A stretch of DNA of 53,000 nucleotides from Takakia lepidozioides (Eukaryota > Plantae > Bryophyta), in the NCBI GenBank assembly GCA_030704615.1, contig JAKLZA010000280.1, positions 1-53,000 on the forward strand, read 5' to 3'. Within the stretch, counting starts at the first letter, position 1. Every line of letters starts with the position of its first letter. Below the pieces are notes generated by a model. The model had not been told where the DNA came from and ran no database searches. It saw only the letters and a list, made by a program, of their open reading frames with translations. The translations under genes and the position numbers were made by a program. This document shows positions 1 to 12,754 of the stretch, one piece after another.

Positions 1-345
1 CAGCCATCACAGCCAGTTGAATCGGATGTCTCAGAAGTACCTCAATTAGTACATGCTGTTCCACCAGAGCCTATAGCTCTGGAAAGAGAAGGATTGGACA
101 TTCCCACTACAGAGCAGGTCGTGGCAGAAATTGAGAAGGATGACCTTCTCTATGAAAACGCTGGCTTGGTCAGGGAATCAGTGGTACCAGAGGTGCAGAG
201 TCTGTCCAGGGAAATCCCTGCTGTGCATGTAATACCCACACCTGTGACGGAGGTACCAGGGGTAGAATATAAGGATACTGCAGCACCTCTGGAAGAGGAG
301 GTAGTTCAGGAAGAGGATCTAGTGGGGCAATGGCCTGAATGGTTG
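1..345 (+). pseudogene. Fragment of the downstream accessory ORF of a family A sister subfamily, interrupted by A1
   Basis: Frame +1 reads DIPTTEQVVAEIEKDDLLYE...VGQWPEWL, homologous to [20 protein letters not shown]...VGQWSEWL in ORF 1338..6443. It stops at the LTR edge at 346. Confidence 0.85.
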
Positions 346-1298
346 TGTCGCGCGGCTTTTACTCACCCATCCCTTCGCTATCCGAGGCGGAAACTCCAAG
401 ATAGAAGAGTTGGAAATCTCTAAGTACTCAGCCCGCGCAGAACAATCAGTCATGACCTACAGCTAGTGTATCATGGGGGTGTTTCCTATTTGTTTCCTTT
501 TCCGCATTCATCTTAGCTACCTTACCATTTATAATTAAGTATCAGTTTGCTTCATCAATTTATCGGTTTCCTTCACTCCTCCATTCAATCCACAGCTTCA
601 CTCAGATCTCTCTACACAGTGTGATTGTATCGTATAATTATCAGATTATGATTTATCAGGTATCAGGCCGAAGCCATTGTGTCTCTATTCTCCTCTACAA
701 TATCCCTACCGCTTTGCATATAACAAGCATCTACTAATCCTCTTTCCTCCTTCATCGTGCTCTCCGACCTCCGCTCCCGTCTGACTCCGAAATCCTCCTC
801 CCCCGAATAATAATCCTCTTCTCATTCCCCGTTCTTCCCTTTATCTTCCTATCCGTAGTTCTAACCGTTTCCCTCACTAACCGTCGCTTGTGAACTAACA
901 TGTTCCCCACAGTCGTTCCCTGTCCTGCTCTCCGTTCCCTATGATCGTGACTGCTGTGTCAAGCTGTGACTGGCTGTGTGAAACTGTGACGGGCTGTGAC
1001 TGGCTGTGTGGGCTGTGTGGGCTGTGTCGACTGTGTTTGGCTGTGTCGGCTGTGTCGGGCTGTGATTGGCTGTGTGGGCTGTGTCGGCTGTGTCGACTGT
1101 GACGACTGTGATGGGCTGTGTCGGCTGTGACGACTGTGACGGGCTGTGTCGGCTGTGTCGACTGTGACGACTGTGTAACCCCCCTCTACAGTGCGTTGCT
1201 GTCACCCCTAAGGCTCCTGTTGGTCTCAGTCTGTGCAAAAATTAAGGGTACCCTACAGATCCCATATAAGTGTCTAAGTCCCCTACAGTCCTCTAACA
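346..1298 (-). repeat. 3' LTR of A1 (953 bp)
   Basis: Reverse complement of TGTTAGAGG...CGCGACA. Homologous to 12626-13694 and 41088-42143, and adjacent to the PPT. Confidence 0.95.
950..1175 (-). repeat. Degenerate 9-10 bp CACAGCC/GTCACAG tandem array in family A U3 (also ~13215-13570, 13700-13850, 15620-15985, 41210-41515)
   Basis: Reiterated GGCTGTG/GACTGTG motifs on the + strand. Array length varies between LTR copies. Confidence 0.9.
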
Positions 1299-1302
1299 TT
1301 TA

Positions 1303-1316
1303 CCCCTTCCTCCCTC
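1303..1316 (-). promoter_or_regulatory. Polypurine tract of A1 (GAGGGAGGAAGGGG)
   Basis: Purine run a few nt before the 3' LTR. Identical to 41071-41084. Confidence 0.9.
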
Positions 1317-1337
1317 AAAAAGCCGTGTCCTCACGGT

Positions 1338-4300
1338 TTACTGTTTCCGAGTAGCAACCCTTTGTGAGTGAGCACCTTGTTGACGTTGAGAGTTTCGTGG
1401 CGGGCTGTGTGTACGAGCCCGAGGTCTGTCTCTGGTTGACGGAGATGGTTGATCACTACCTGGATAAGTGAGGCCTTCTGGAGGCTGATATCGAGGTAAT
1501 CTTTCCGGCATAGGAGATCCCCTTTGTTTCTTCTCTTCCATCTGAATTGCATAGTCTTCTTCCATGTCAAAAGAATTTTGTGAAGAAACAGTTGTATCAG
1601 AATCCTCATCGCCTCTCAGGTGTTTTAATTTTCGAACTTTTTGTGGAATCATCTGGGGCATACAATGCTGTCCTACCATGTCTGGAAGTTTGCATTTTAC
1701 GACCTGGTGTAACCGTTGAACAGCAAAATTGGTGTAGACACTGAGCTCCTTGTCTGTCCAAATGAGTGGGGTACCAATTACTGGTGCAGCGTGCAAGTAT
1801 TTCCATGCGATATGTCCCTTATAGAAAATGTCATCAAGTCCGAATTTCTGTGTTGACAAATTGTTGCAGGCTGCTTGAAACCATGAACGAATTTGAGAAT
1901 CCTTTTGTATCATAACTTTTGGGTCATATAGGTACATATGAGGTGGCACCGAAGGTAATACCCAATGATCTCCACTGGAGTAACTTTGAAAGCGTGCTTG
2001 CATCTTTTGTTGCTCAATGTGGTAACGTATCAGAAAACAAGCAGCGTAGTATAGCCCGCACCCCATGACAATACTTGCTATCTCCTTGGTCTTGGTATAA
2101 ATGAGTCCATGTACAACCTGGAAAGCAACCAATTCCCTCAACATGGTACCTGCCTCGTGCCAGTATTGTGCAAAGTGATGATCTTCAATATGTCGATTGT
2201 TTGGAAGAACTTTAGTCCTGGTTGCCACTGGCAGCCAAATACGCATGATTTGGTAGTAATGTGCGAATGACTGCGGAGGACTAAATTCTTTCCAAGCCAA
2301 ATCCAACATGATGGGAATTTGGTTGAAGGGCATAATCATAGCCCTACTGTACTCCCTGGCAGCTGGAGTTTTAGGTGGGTTAAAAGCTGCATTGCCCCAT
2401 ACCTCCGGCTGTGGTGGCTGTGGTGTGGTTGTAGTAACCACAGGTTCAGCTACTGGTACACTGACCTGTTGTGGTGGTGGTGGTACTGGTTCCTGTACCA
2501 TTGGCATCTCCTGCACCTCCTGTGAAGACTGAAAAGCCAGAGTTCTGGCTTGCAAATAAGAAGCCATTAGCTGTTCCTGAGGGATATAGACTCTTTGGTC
2601 GATGTTTGAAGTGAGGTCTTCCACTTGAGTCTGGAGTCCGTCTACATCCTCTTGTAACTCTGCTATCCTACTATAGACATTGTCTATAGTAGTTGTGGCA
2701 ATGTTCTGCACCTGCAGTCTAAGCTCATTCATCTCGCTTTGGGTGAGCTTCCGTGGGGCTTTGCCCTCTACTGGCCCTTGTGCTAACCAGACCTGCATAA
2801 GGCTGTTATCCACCAAGCTGCTTGTGGTTCCCCTGAGAGTTTGCTCCTCTCTTAGCTTATACAATTCCAACTGCTGTTGTAAAGCCTCCATGCGCTTCGC
2901 CTGTGGCTCAACCAATTGCGCATAGGCAGCAAGTAGATTATTGGCTTCCTTCGAAGCCTTGTTACTGACCGCGATTTCATTTCTATTGGCCACGATGGTT
3001 TGTTGCAACTCCACGATGTATTTCTCTTGCTCAGCTTCCATCTGCCTGTATTGCTTGAAAGTATCTTCATTGCGACAGATTGTATTCTTCATATCGACAA
3101 TGAGCTTCATGTGCTCCACATTCTCTTCTTCTGCCTTCATACATTTTTCCGCTTGACTGTTTATTTCTTTTGTTGATTGGTCAAGCATAGTTGTAAATGT
3201 AGCGCATTGTATCGCCATCCTGTTATGCACTATCTGCAACTCCGTATGTAGTGCATTCAGTTCTTGCAACTTGCTTTCATGCTGCACCTGCATTTGATAT
3301 AGCTGTTGCTTATGTGCTTCGTGCAACTGGTCTTGCGCGAGGCCTGCCTCAATCAATTGTTGCTTGGCCAATTGCAAAGCCATTTCTGTATTGGCCAAGT
3401 CCTGCTTCATCTTGAGAGTGACCTCTTCATCGACCTTGTTTGCACACTCAGTGGCAAGTCGAGCCTCAAACTCCTTCCTGAGTTCCTCTTTCAAGGCTGT
3501 CAATTGGGTAATTGGAACATGGGTTTTGACATAAGTCCCCAACAAATTAAGTGTCCTGCCTATGGAACTCATCAGCATTGCCTGTTGAGGGTCATCATGG
3601 TGAGGTTGCTGCTGTTCCTCCTGATCTTCAACAGTATGATGTCTCACTAACCATTCAGACCATTGTCCCACCGGATTTTCTTCCTGAACTACTTCATTTA
3701 TGACCGGTGCTACAGTGTCATGGCCTTCCGCCTGTGGTACCTCCGACACAGGTGTGTGCATTATATGTACCTCAGGATTTCTCTTGGGCAACTGTTGCAC
3801 CTCTGGGATTTCTGTCTCCTTGACCAGACCAGAATATTCATAGAGAAGGTCCCCTTTCTCTATTTCTGCCACTATTTGTTCTGTAGTTGGAATATCTATC
3901 CCTTCACTTTCCAAATCAATTATTTCGGGTTGAGCTGCATGGATAACTTGTGACCTTGTGACAAGTCGTTCAAGTGGCTGTGTTGGTTGTGATGCAGAAG
4001 TAACTTCTTCCTCCCTCTCTGAAGGTCCTGCTTCCAGTAATAACATTCTTTTGTGCTGCTGTGCCCCTTCCTGGTCATGAGCTTGGGAAACATTATCATG
4101 CGGAATCCGTGAAGCCAGTGGATCTGCCACTACAGTCTTTCCTCTTCTCTGCCTCTTAGTCTTGGGTTGTGCTGCTAGTCCACCTTCACTGTGTGAAGAG
4201 CCTTGGTCTTCCATTGCAGTTGTTTCTGGCTCAAACACTCTCATTTCCTTTCTTTCTTGTGCATTAAGTATGCGAGAATCAAGGATTATTTGAGCAATGA

Positions 4301-6443
4301 TTGGGCCAGACACTATGATAGGAGATTTTGCGGTAGTACCTTGTAATCTTTTCATCTCCTCTACCAGTGCGTTGTACATTATGTCCGCCCATTGTACCTC
4401 TTGTCCCTTCAAGCCTTTGAGGATTTCCTCTGTGAAGGATCTGCTCAAATATTGTTGGTTCTGTTTCAGGGCAATCAGAACGTTCAATACTTGGCCTATG
4501 TCTTTTAACCCTGGGTACACAGCTTTGGTACAAGCATAACCCTGAGTTTTAAAGAAACTCCCTTCTTGGAATAAATCCCCTATTTGCAGTCTTTCCCTGT
4601 GTTCCTCCACATACACATGACCTGCTGGCAATCGAAACAATTGTTGGAGGTATAGGGGAGTAATCATTAATTCAACTCCCTTCACCGTTGTTGTTCCTGT
4701 CTTTGGCTCAAAGTTCTGCAAAAATTGTAACATGTACTGTCTATGGTGTAGTGTCCAATCCATGCTTTGCAATCCTTCCAATCTCAGCTCCTTCAGTATC
4801 TTTATCGCCTGTGGGGTAGCCATCGTTTGTTTCTGCAGAATTGTGGTGCTCTTCACCCTGATTTCCTCCATTCCTCTTACTCTCTTCATCTTAGACTCAC
4901 AGAACTGCTTTGGCTGTAACAACTGCAGGAATGCCTGTAGTGCACAAAGCATAAACGTATGGTTGCCGCAGAAAGCCATGGGTAATCTCTTGTAAGCCTG
5001 CGGGGCTTGCAAGCATTGCTCAAGAGAAAAGCTCTGCTCTGTCGTTTCGTGTCTATGCCACTGCGTAAGTAATATTGCGAGCGTATAGTCTGTTAGTTCC
5101 TCCATAGTTTCCAAGTTATAGCATTTATGGCCTGTCCTGTCGAGACGCCCGTTACTCAGAACGACGCCGCCTCTTGCGCTCAATTTCCCTCCATTTTCTT
5201 GATCATTTTTCTGGTTTTCTATTGGCTGTATCTGCTGTGACTGGATTTTAACTTTTATCTTCTTTAGTGGACTTTCCCTGTTGGATAGTCCACTAGGATC
5301 ACACATGCGACATGAATTCGGCTTTTGTGTACTTGCCGTTCGTTCCGTTTCCCTTTTTCCGTATTCATTAATGGGCCCGCCTTTCATCCCTTTTGACGGC
5401 CGTTCTTGTCCTCTTTCTTTTTGACACCTGTCCTTGCACTTCATTCTCTGCTGTGTGTCGCACCCTGACCTCCACGTGTCTATTTTTAAATTAATTTCCG
5501 TTTCTTCTTCCTTCAGCCATTTTCCTGAAGTTTTTATGTGTCCACTTGTCACTGATTCTATGGATCGTGTAACTTTAGTAGGCTGTGTTGAGCTGTGACA
5601 GGCTGTGTCATACTGTGTTATGCTGTGATAGGCTGTGTTGCACTGTGGTAAGCTGTGATAGGCTGTGACACGCTGCGGTAGGTTGTGATAGGCTGTGTTG
5701 CGCCTTGCTGGGTTGTGGTTGGCTGTGTCACGTCGTGACGGGCTGTGGTAGGCTGTGTCACGCCGTGCTGGGCTGTGATTGGCTGTGTCACGTCGTGATG
5801 GGCTGTGATAGGCTGTGTCACGCCGTGATGGGCTGTGATAGGCTGTGTCACGCCGTGATGGGCTGTGATAGGCTGTGTCACGCCGTGATGGGCTGTGATA
5901 GGCTGTGTCACGTTTGTTTTGCCCACCCCGGTCGTATATACTGGGCCTAGCGACAAGTGTTCCATACTCCGTTCGTAACACTGGTGCAGCCCGTGACTGC
6001 TCTTGCGGTTCAACATGCAAATCATGCTGCAGGGGTTTGTCATGGATACCACTGTACCCCTTCAACTTATTTGCATTGACTCTTCCCAGCATTTCTTTGT
6101 TAATGGTTTGTAACATGGCTGTGTTGTTATCATACATCTTTTGTATGACATAAGGTCCTTTCCATGGTGATTTAAGCTTAGAAGCTTGAATCTTTCCTTT
6201 CTTTTGCAACCATAGAACCAAATCCCCCGTCTTAAAAGTCTTTAACTTGCCTTCATCAAACTGTTCCTTTCTCTTCATCTGAATTCTGGTCATATTATCA
6301 GCTGCATCAGCACGTACTTCTTCCACATGGTATAATTCATGTTTCCTGACCTTGATGGAGTCTTGCAATTCCATTCTTTTTCCCCACTCCGTTCTCATGG
6401 TAGGTAACAGGAATTCCACTGGAAGTAAGGCTTCCATAACCAT
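1338..6443 (-). CDS. Integrase C-terminus read in frame through a 10-aa repeat into a large accessory ORF (ATHILA ORF-1/Transposase_32-like domain, coiled coil, unknown C-terminal domain)
   Basis: 1701-aa stop-free frame. It contains the KSPWKGPY (GPY/F) motif, then ([10 protein letters not shown])n, then [31 protein letters not shown] and GPIIAQII, which resemble Athila env-like proteins, then a Q/E/K-rich heptad region. Confidence 0.75.
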   Translation of the reverse strand: MVMEALLPVEFLLPTMRTEWGKRMELQDSIKVRKHELYHVEEVRADAADNMTRIQMKRKEQFDEGKLKTFKTGDLVLWLQKKGKIQASKLKSPWKGPYVIQKMYDNNTAMLQTINKEMLGRVNANKLKGYSGIHDKPLQHDLHVEPQEQSRAAPVLRTEYGTLVARPSIYDRGGQNKRDTAYHSPSRRDTAYHSPSRRDTAYHSPSRRDTAYHSPSRRDTANHSPARRDTAYHSPSRRDTANHNPARRNTAYHNLPQRVTAYHSLPQCNTAYHSITQYDTACHSSTQPTKVTRSIESVTSGHIKTSGKWLKEEETEINLKIDTWRSGCDTQQRMKCKDRCQKERGQERPSKGMKGGPINEYGKRETERTASTQKPNSCRMCDPSGLSNRESPLKKIKVKIQSQQIQPIENQKNDQENGGKLSARGGVVLSNGRLDRTGHKCYNLETMEELTDYTLAILLTQWHRHETTEQSFSLEQCLQAPQAYKRLPMAFCGNHTFMLCALQAFLQLLQPKQFCESKMKRVRGMEEIRVKSTTILQKQTMATPQAIKILKELRLEGLQSMDWTLHHRQYMLQFLQNFEPKTGTTTVKGVELMITPLYLQQLFRLPAGHVYVEEHRERLQIGDLFQEGSFFKTQGYACTKAVYPGLKDIGQVLNVLIALKQNQQYLSRSFTEEILKGLKGQEVQWADIMYNALVEEMKRLQGTTAKSPIIVSGPIIAQIILDSRILNAQERKEMRVFEPETTAMEDQGSSHSEGGLAAQPKTKRQRRGKTVVADPLASRIPHDNVSQAHDQEGAQQHKRMLLLEAGPSEREEEVTSASQPTQPLERLVTRSQVIHAAQPEIIDLESEGIDIPTTEQIVAEIEKGDLLYEYSGLVKETEIPEVQQLPKRNPEVHIMHTPVSEVPQAEGHDTVAPVINEVVQEENPVGQWSEWLVRHHTVEDQEEQQQPHHDDPQQAMLMSSIGRTLNLLGTYVKTHVPITQLTALKEELRKEFEARLATECANKVDEEVTLKMKQDLANTEMALQLAKQQLIEAGLAQDQLHEAHKQQLYQMQVQHESKLQELNALHTELQIVHNRMAIQCATFTTMLDQSTKEINSQAEKCMKAEEENVEHMKLIVDMKNTICRNEDTFKQYRQMEAEQEKYIVELQQTIVANRNEIAVSNKASKEANNLLAAYAQLVEPQAKRMEALQQQLELYKLREEQTLRGTTSSLVDNSLMQVWLAQGPVEGKAPRKLTQSEMNELRLQVQNIATTTIDNVYSRIAELQEDVDGLQTQVEDLTSNIDQRVYIPQEQLMASYLQARTLAFQSSQEVQEMPMVQEPVPPPPQQVSVPVAEPVVTTTTPQPPQPEVWGNAAFNPPKTPAAREYSRAMIMPFNQIPIMLDLAWKEFSPPQSFAHYYQIMRIWLPVATRTKVLPNNRHIEDHHFAQYWHEAGTMLRELVAFQVVHGLIYTKTKEIASIVMGCGLYYAACFLIRYHIEQQKMQARFQSYSSGDHWVLPSVPPHMYLYDPKVMIQKDSQIRSWFQAACNNLSTQKFGLDDIFYKGHIAWKYLHAAPVIGTPLIWTDKELSVYTNFAVQRLHQVVKCKLPDMVGQHCMPQMIPQKVRKLKHLRGDEDSDTTVSSQNSFDMEEDYAIQMEEKKQRGSPMPERLPRYQPPEGLTYPGSDQPSPSTRDRPRARTHSPPRNSQRQQGAHSQRVATRKQ
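5580..5911 (-). repeat. 30-bp tandem repeat encoding [10 protein letters not shown] downstream of integrase
   Basis: Unit CGTGACACAGCCTATCACAGCCCATCACGG, roughly 10-11 copies decaying distally. A shorter array lies at ~36822-37030. Confidence 0.9.
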
Positions 6444-9070
6444 AAACTAATTGGAATGGTGTATACTTAGTGGTGACTTTATATGAAGTCCTGTATGACC
6501 ACAAAGCTGTCAGCAGCTTTGTATCCCAATCCGTTCTGTTTGCATTGACTATCTTAGCCAAGATAGTACATAGTATTTTGTTGGTAGCCTCTGCCTGTCC
6601 CATTACCCTGTGGGTAATATGTTGTACTCTTTCTATGCACAATCATAAACTCTTTAGTCAATACTCAATGGTCTCATTCATGAAGTGACTTCCTTGATCA
6701 CTGATAAATTCTAAGGGACATCCAAATCGTGTAAGTATGTTCTCGTACAGGAACCTTGCTGTGGACTTGGCTGTGTTGTCCCTCAAAGCTTTAGCTTCCA
6801 CCCACTTTGTAGTATAATCAGTGGCTGTAATTATGTACTGTTTTCGTGTATTCTTGGATGGTGGATTAATTGGTCCAACAAAGTCTAGTCCCCATTTCTG
6901 AATTGGTAGCATTGTAAGGATGCAAGTCTTCTCTTCCAGATCTCTGCAAAGGTCCTAGCCTCTGACATTCATCACACTCTGACAATACTCATGTACATCT
7001 TTGAACAAAGTAGGCCACCAGTATCCTGCGAGTAGTATCTTCTACTGGTAGTCTCTTCTCCAAAATGACCTCCAGCCACTCCTTTATGAACTTCCTCCAA
7101 GACTTTATTTACTTCATGGTGGTACAAGCATCGTTTTAGTACTCCATCAGGTCCTAACTTATACATTCTGCTTCCTACCATAGTATAAGTAAAGCTCTGA
7201 TAGCAATTCTCTTTCCTCTGCTCCTTACCATAACTAGGTGGGCACTGACCATGAGCAAGGTAGTATCTGATTGGCCACTGCAAATCTAACCATTCATCTG
7301 CACTTCCTTGCACCTCCATTACAAATAAACTCGCATCAGGTAACTGATCGTCCACTCCTGTGGCGGCCTCTCCTGTTGTTAGTCGTGACAAATGATCTGC
7401 CACAAGATGCAAACGGCCAGGCTTGTAAAATAACCTCGAACTCAAACTCATGCAAGATTATTAACCACCTCGCTATCCTTCCACTTATCAAAGGTTTGTT
7501 CACCAGATATATCAGAGCCTGTGATCCACATAAAACATAAACTTTCTTCCCAATAGGTAATGCCTGAATTTCTTGACTGCATATCATTGCCAATGCTTCT
7601 TTTTCCGTTTGCTATAGTTCCTCTCAGCACTGTCATCAACCGGCTAGCATAGTACACAGGTGAATCTATATTCCCTGTAACATTCTGGGCTAACACCGCT
7701 CCCAACGCTTCTCCTGATGCATCGCAGTGAACATGAAATACTACATGCCAGTGAGGGTTAATCAGCACAGGTGTAGTTGTTACTGACAGTGTAAGTTCCT
7801 CAAACGCCTGTTGACATTCAGCTGTCCATGGCAAACACTGCATCTTTCTTCAGAAGCTTGCTCAATGGTGCTGCTATTTGTGCATACCTTTTGACAAATC
7901 TTCTGTAATAACTGGTTTGCCAAGGAATCTCCTTAAACTCTTAACATTCACTGGTGGTGGAGAGACTTTAATGGACTCTGTCTTCCTGGGATCCACAAGA
8001 AGTCCCTTCTTACACACAATGTGTCCCAGAAGCACCCCCTGAGTTCACACAGAAAGTACACTTCTCTGGATTCAGCCCAGACCTCTCATCCTGCATCTGG
8101 CCAGGCATAACTCCAATTTATGCAAGTGCTCATTCTTAGAGCTGTACACACTGAAATCATCCAAAAACACCTGCATGAAATCATCCAGATACTCTTGAAA
8201 AGATTCACTTATCACTCTCTGAAAGGTCGCTGGTGCATTACAAAGTCCAAAGGGCATGACTTTGTATGCATAAGCCCCCCAGTCTGTGATGAAAGCTGTT
8301 TTCCCTTGGTCTTCTTCTGCCACTTGCACTTGATTATAACCACTGAAGCCATCCATGAATGAGTACATCTCATGGCCTGCCACAGTGTCTAATACTGCTT
8401 CTGTGAATGGCAAAGGGAAAGGATCTTTCTTCGTACAAGCATTCAGCTTCTTATAGTTCACACATACTCTTAGTTTGCCATTCTTCTTGGGAACTATAAC
8501 AATGGGTGACAACCAAGTTGTATACTCTATTGGGTATATAAACTTAGCCTCAGCCAACTTCTTTATCTCTTCTCCAACCTTCTGTGCGTAGTTGGGATTC
8601 ATTCTATACCTCGCCTGCTTGATTGGTACTGACCCTGGTTCCAGTTCAATTTTATGCTGACAGACTTCAGGTGGTAGATCCTCATAGCTCCAAGCAAATA
8701 CATCTCTGTATTTGATGAACAAGCTTTTAGCTTCTTCGAAGAATTCCGGCTCCAAATCAGCTCCTACTTTCACCATCCTCGGTTCCTCCTGAGTTCCCAC
8801 ATTTACTTCTCTCACCTGCTCATCAGCTGTGATTGTCCAACCAGTCACCACTTCATCCTTAAGCTCACAGTGGCTGGTTCTTCTAGGATTTCTATTTCTC
8901 CTTCTCTTTCTTCATAGAAATGTGATGGGTAAATGCTGGTTTCTTCTTCAGTTGGTGTTGCTCACTACACCACAGCAGATACCTCTCAAACAACTTAGGC
9001 TTTCCAGCCGCATCTCTGCAACCTGCTCCCATCTGGGTGTGCAGCAAATAGGGTAGCTTCCTGCTCCTCA
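6444..9070 (-). pseudogene. pol: pol (RT-RNase H-integrase core) of A1, multiply frameshifted
   Basis: Fragments contain YSFMDGFSGYNQ and FLDDF (RT), CDASGEALGAVL (RH), HKGVAGGH and WGLDFVGP...DQGSHF (INT). Confidence 0.93.
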
Positions 9071-12019
9071 TCCAGTCCTCCCTCCAGTCATACTCTCTGA
9101 CTCCTCGAGGTCTTCTTGTAGCAGGTAATCTACTAGATTTCTTTGTGGTAATTGTATCTCGTGCATCCCATTATGCACAGTTAGTAACTGAGAATTCCAG
9201 TCATGGAATACCCTGGCCTGTTTCAGCCACGGACGTCCCAATAATAAGGAGTAAGCCTCCATGACTTCATCCATTTTTAATACAGTTACTGTGATCATAA
9301 AGATCATTTTCTGTATCTGTATCTTAACTCCTCTTATTAATCCCAATGGCTGTACACTTCTTTGATCTGCCATTGTTACTGTAAATGGGGCTGGTTTCAT
9401 GTTACTTAGACCAAGCTTCTTCCTTAATTGGTCTGTCATGATATTTACTCCAGAACCACCATCTATCAGTACATCAGTTAGTTCTGTGCTTCCAATTCTC
9501 AATTGGATTACTGGCATAGAATCATCAAAGTCCATGACTGGTTCTCGCCCTTCCGGCTTCACATTATAACTGGTCACCTTGCTGTTCAGGTCTGTGTTTC
9601 CTGTCTCTTGGGCAATTCGATTGATTGCCTGATACAGCCTGTGCCTACAATAAGGTGCCACAGCTAATAGCTGTCCAATGGTAATTTCTGCTTTGGTCTG
9701 ACATATTACTTCAGCCAAAGTCTCTTCATTACTTTGCATGTCTGCATCTTCTTTTTTCCTTTCTTCCTCACTCCCTCTTTTTCTCCATCCGAATCAGAGG
9801 AATCTGCCACAGGAATATCAGTACTCTTTTGCATTTCCCTTATAGTATCTGCCACTTCCTTGTGCAGTTCCTTCTCATCCTTCCAAGTCTCTCATCTTCA
9901 GGCATATCATTGCCACTTCCAGTCTCATCTTCTTCCTCTTCTACTGGAGGTATTAGTTTGGCTTTACTTCTTGTTACTATCATTGTACTTACTTCTGGTA
10001 CAACACATGGCCTAACCATGTGAGCTGCACCACTGGGCCTCATTCACAGGAGCTCTCATCTCATTCTGGTGTCTTATCCAGAATGAACAGGCTGCCTTGC
10101 GATGTCCTGGCTGATTACAATAGTAACATAGCTCTTCACCATTGGGTCCTCGCCCTTGGTCTGGTCTTGGATTATTTCTATAATCCTGATTCCCGGGCTG
10201 GTAATTCCCCCTTGGGATTACCCTGATAGTTGCCTCTGGAATTTCCTTGGTAATTCCCTCTTGAATTACCTCTTCCTTCCATGCCATTGTTATAACCACC
10301 AGACCTACCATAGTGGTCCTGATCATTGCTTCTTCTTGGCTGGGGCTGCACCTGATGCACCCTCACTTGCCTAGGTTCTCTTGCAGCTGTCCTTCTTGTT
10401 GTAGTAACAATTCTCAGTAGAATGGTTATCCATTTTACAGATAGTACAGTGTTTCTCCTTCATGTGGCATTCTGTAGTGGTATGGCCTTCATTCTGGCAC
10501 TTTGCACACCATACACCTTCCTCCAATGTGTTGCAGCCTCTGTGGCATACTTCTTCAAGATTTCTTCCAATCTTTTCTCATAGTTATCCCTCTTCAACTT
10601 TTCCTTTCTCTTACTCTTTCTTTTTAGTTCTTGCTCTTCTTCTTCATCTGACTCATCTTCAGAGTCCTCATCTTCCTTTTTCTCTCTCTGAGCATTCCCA
10701 ATTGCTCAATTCTGTTTGCAGTTTCAAATGCCTCCTCCACTGTATTATGGGGTAACATATCCACTTTCTTCTGCAACTCTGGTCTTAGTCCACTCACAAA
10801 CCAAGTCTTCTGTAAACCGGGTGCTGGTATGCAGCCAGCTTTTTCATCATCAATTCCATCTTCTCCATATACTCTTCAACAGTTTCATGCTTCTTCTGCT
10901 TCAGCTGTTGTAAACTTCCATACACTTCATCCTCAGTTTTACTTGTCCTGAACCTATTTCGAAATGCTGTATTCAAGCCATTCCAGGTTAGGAAATGATT
11001 ATCAGGGAATCTTGCATACCATTCACTTGCTTTCTTGATAAGTGAACAAGGAAACAGTCTCATCTTGGCATCATCGCCATTCTCATTGTTCACTATACAC
11101 ATGTGCTCAAATTGGCTAATGTGTACATCGGGATCCCTTTTCCTGAATATATTGGAAAGGGTGGTTTTGCCCGTGTTGGTTGTAACGCCATCTGTGGCCC
11201 TACCTTCTGCCCACTGACAGGTGCTGGCACCCTTGCTGGTGCTGGTCCTTCTGGACCTGTTGTTTTTGTGGTGGATCTTCCACCAAGTGGTGGCCCTTGA
11301 GCACTCCCTGCTTCTGGCCCCACGATATTCACAGTATTCCCAGCTTCAGTTGCACTACTTCCCACACTCCCTGTCCCCCCAGAGCCAGATCCAGGCAGCC
11401 CGCCTGATCCCCCTGAGCCGACACTTCGTTGGCCTGTGATCCAAGTGCTCCACTTGATCCAGGTCCAACGGGTTGGGATGTCCTGGTTGTAGTCTCAACC
11501 TCAGCTGTTGGGTCTACTTCTTCATATTTTCCTCTTCCAATTTCTTCTCTCTGTTTTCATCCTCCAAGTTCTGCCCTTGGGTTTCTTCTTCACTCATGTA
11601 ACTCAACTGTAATGGTGTTGGAGAGTCTGAACTCTCCGTTGGCTCTGCCACATCCTCATCTCCTTCTTCATCTTCTGCTTCAGAAACTGGAGTTCCTGCT
11701 TTTGGTGTTCCATGCCAACTCTTATCAAAGATTTCTGTCAAGTCTTTTATCCAAGGATGTACCTCAGATCTTTCACCTCGTGATTGATCTTCTTCCTGTA
11801 CCAATTCCTTAATCTTTCTTGCAAAGAAACAGAAGGAGTGGCATCCAACTCTAGTTCTTCCGGTATAGGTGATGCACTTTTTGATCTTGATGGTGTGAGA
11901 GGTCCAGATGATTCCCCTATGTCTATTCCTCTCTCCCAAAGATATGGATAATTAGCTTTCAGATAGCTTTCCCTTTTTGATGAATATCTTTGTCGTCTAG
12001 CTTCTCTTTCATCACTCAT
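9071..12019 (-). pseudogene. gag: gag-protease of A1, multiply frameshifted
   Basis: Fragments MSDEREARR, MRLFPCSLIKKASEWY, CYYCNQPGHRKAAC zinc knuckle and VLIDGGSGVNIM aspartic protease. Confidence 0.92.
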
Positions 12020-12754
12020 GTCCCATGTCTTTCATTTCTTTTAATGTGGCAATAACCAAAAACTCTCTGTAATATCTCTCGTATATGCCTGGATTTCTTT
12101 CAAGCTTCAATGCACCCTTGGCTATACTTGAAGTCTCCGTTACCATATAACCATATGGCAAACAAGTCTGAAAAGCTGTTCTTGGTGTGAGTTTGATCCA
12201 CAAAATATCCTTTGGAATCCAATTCTTTACCAGTACAAGCTCTTCATGCATATGAGTATAAACATTCACCTTCTTTTCTTCCCAGCCTTCAAACTCTACT
12301 CGTTTAATGGATAGCAATGCTATCACATAAACCAATGTTGGTAACCAACGTGCTCTTCCTCTACAGGCTACCTGATAAATCTTTATCACTCCTTTCTCCA
12401 GACCCCATTCTGGATCAGCATCATGCACTCGTTTAAGAATATTTTCTTTACATCCGTCTGGCAATTCCAAGAACCTTTGAAAGAATTGTTTGGACAATCT
12501 TTCTTCCTTCGTTCACAGGGAATTTGATTCACTTCAAATTCTTTAATGGTCCAACCACCATGATCCCCAGATGATGCCTGTCACATCTGGTTGTTCATGT
12601 CCCAGTTCCCAGTATGGTCGCCAAATGTCGCGCGGCTTTTACTCACCCCCATCCCTTCGCTATCCGAGGCGGAAACTCCAAGATAGAAGAGTTGGAAATC
12701 TCTAAGTACTCAGCCCGCGCAGAACAATCAGTCATGACCTACAGCTAGTGTATC
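12012..12754 (-). pseudogene. ORF0 (unknown protein upstream of gag) of A1, frameshifted
   Basis: 12012..12497 matches the intact 231-aa ORF 42036..42731. Confidence 0.7.
12606..12623 (-). promoter_or_regulatory. Primer binding site of A1 (TGGCGACCATACTGGG, tRNA-Arg-like)
   Basis: Starts with TGG 2 nt inside the 5' LTR end. It resembles the complement of plant tRNA-Arg 3' ends; the tRNA identity is inferred. Confidence 0.8.

Noticed and set aside
94-423. 109-aa ORF as an independent gene
   Set aside because: It is a chance fusion of the sister accessory ORF with antisense LTR sequence across the insertion junction at 345/346.
3287-3491. 207-bp segment missing from A2 as a spliced intron
   Set aside because: It lacks GT-AG ends, and the junction shows only TG microhomology.
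1338-4900. Accessory ORF as a true retroviral envelope protein
   Set aside because: No signal peptide or convincing transmembrane segment seen. It is env-like in position only.
5580-5911. Possible CRISPR array (30-bp period)
   Set aside because: Head-to-tail repeats without unique spacers, inside a retrotransposon ORF, with no cas genes.
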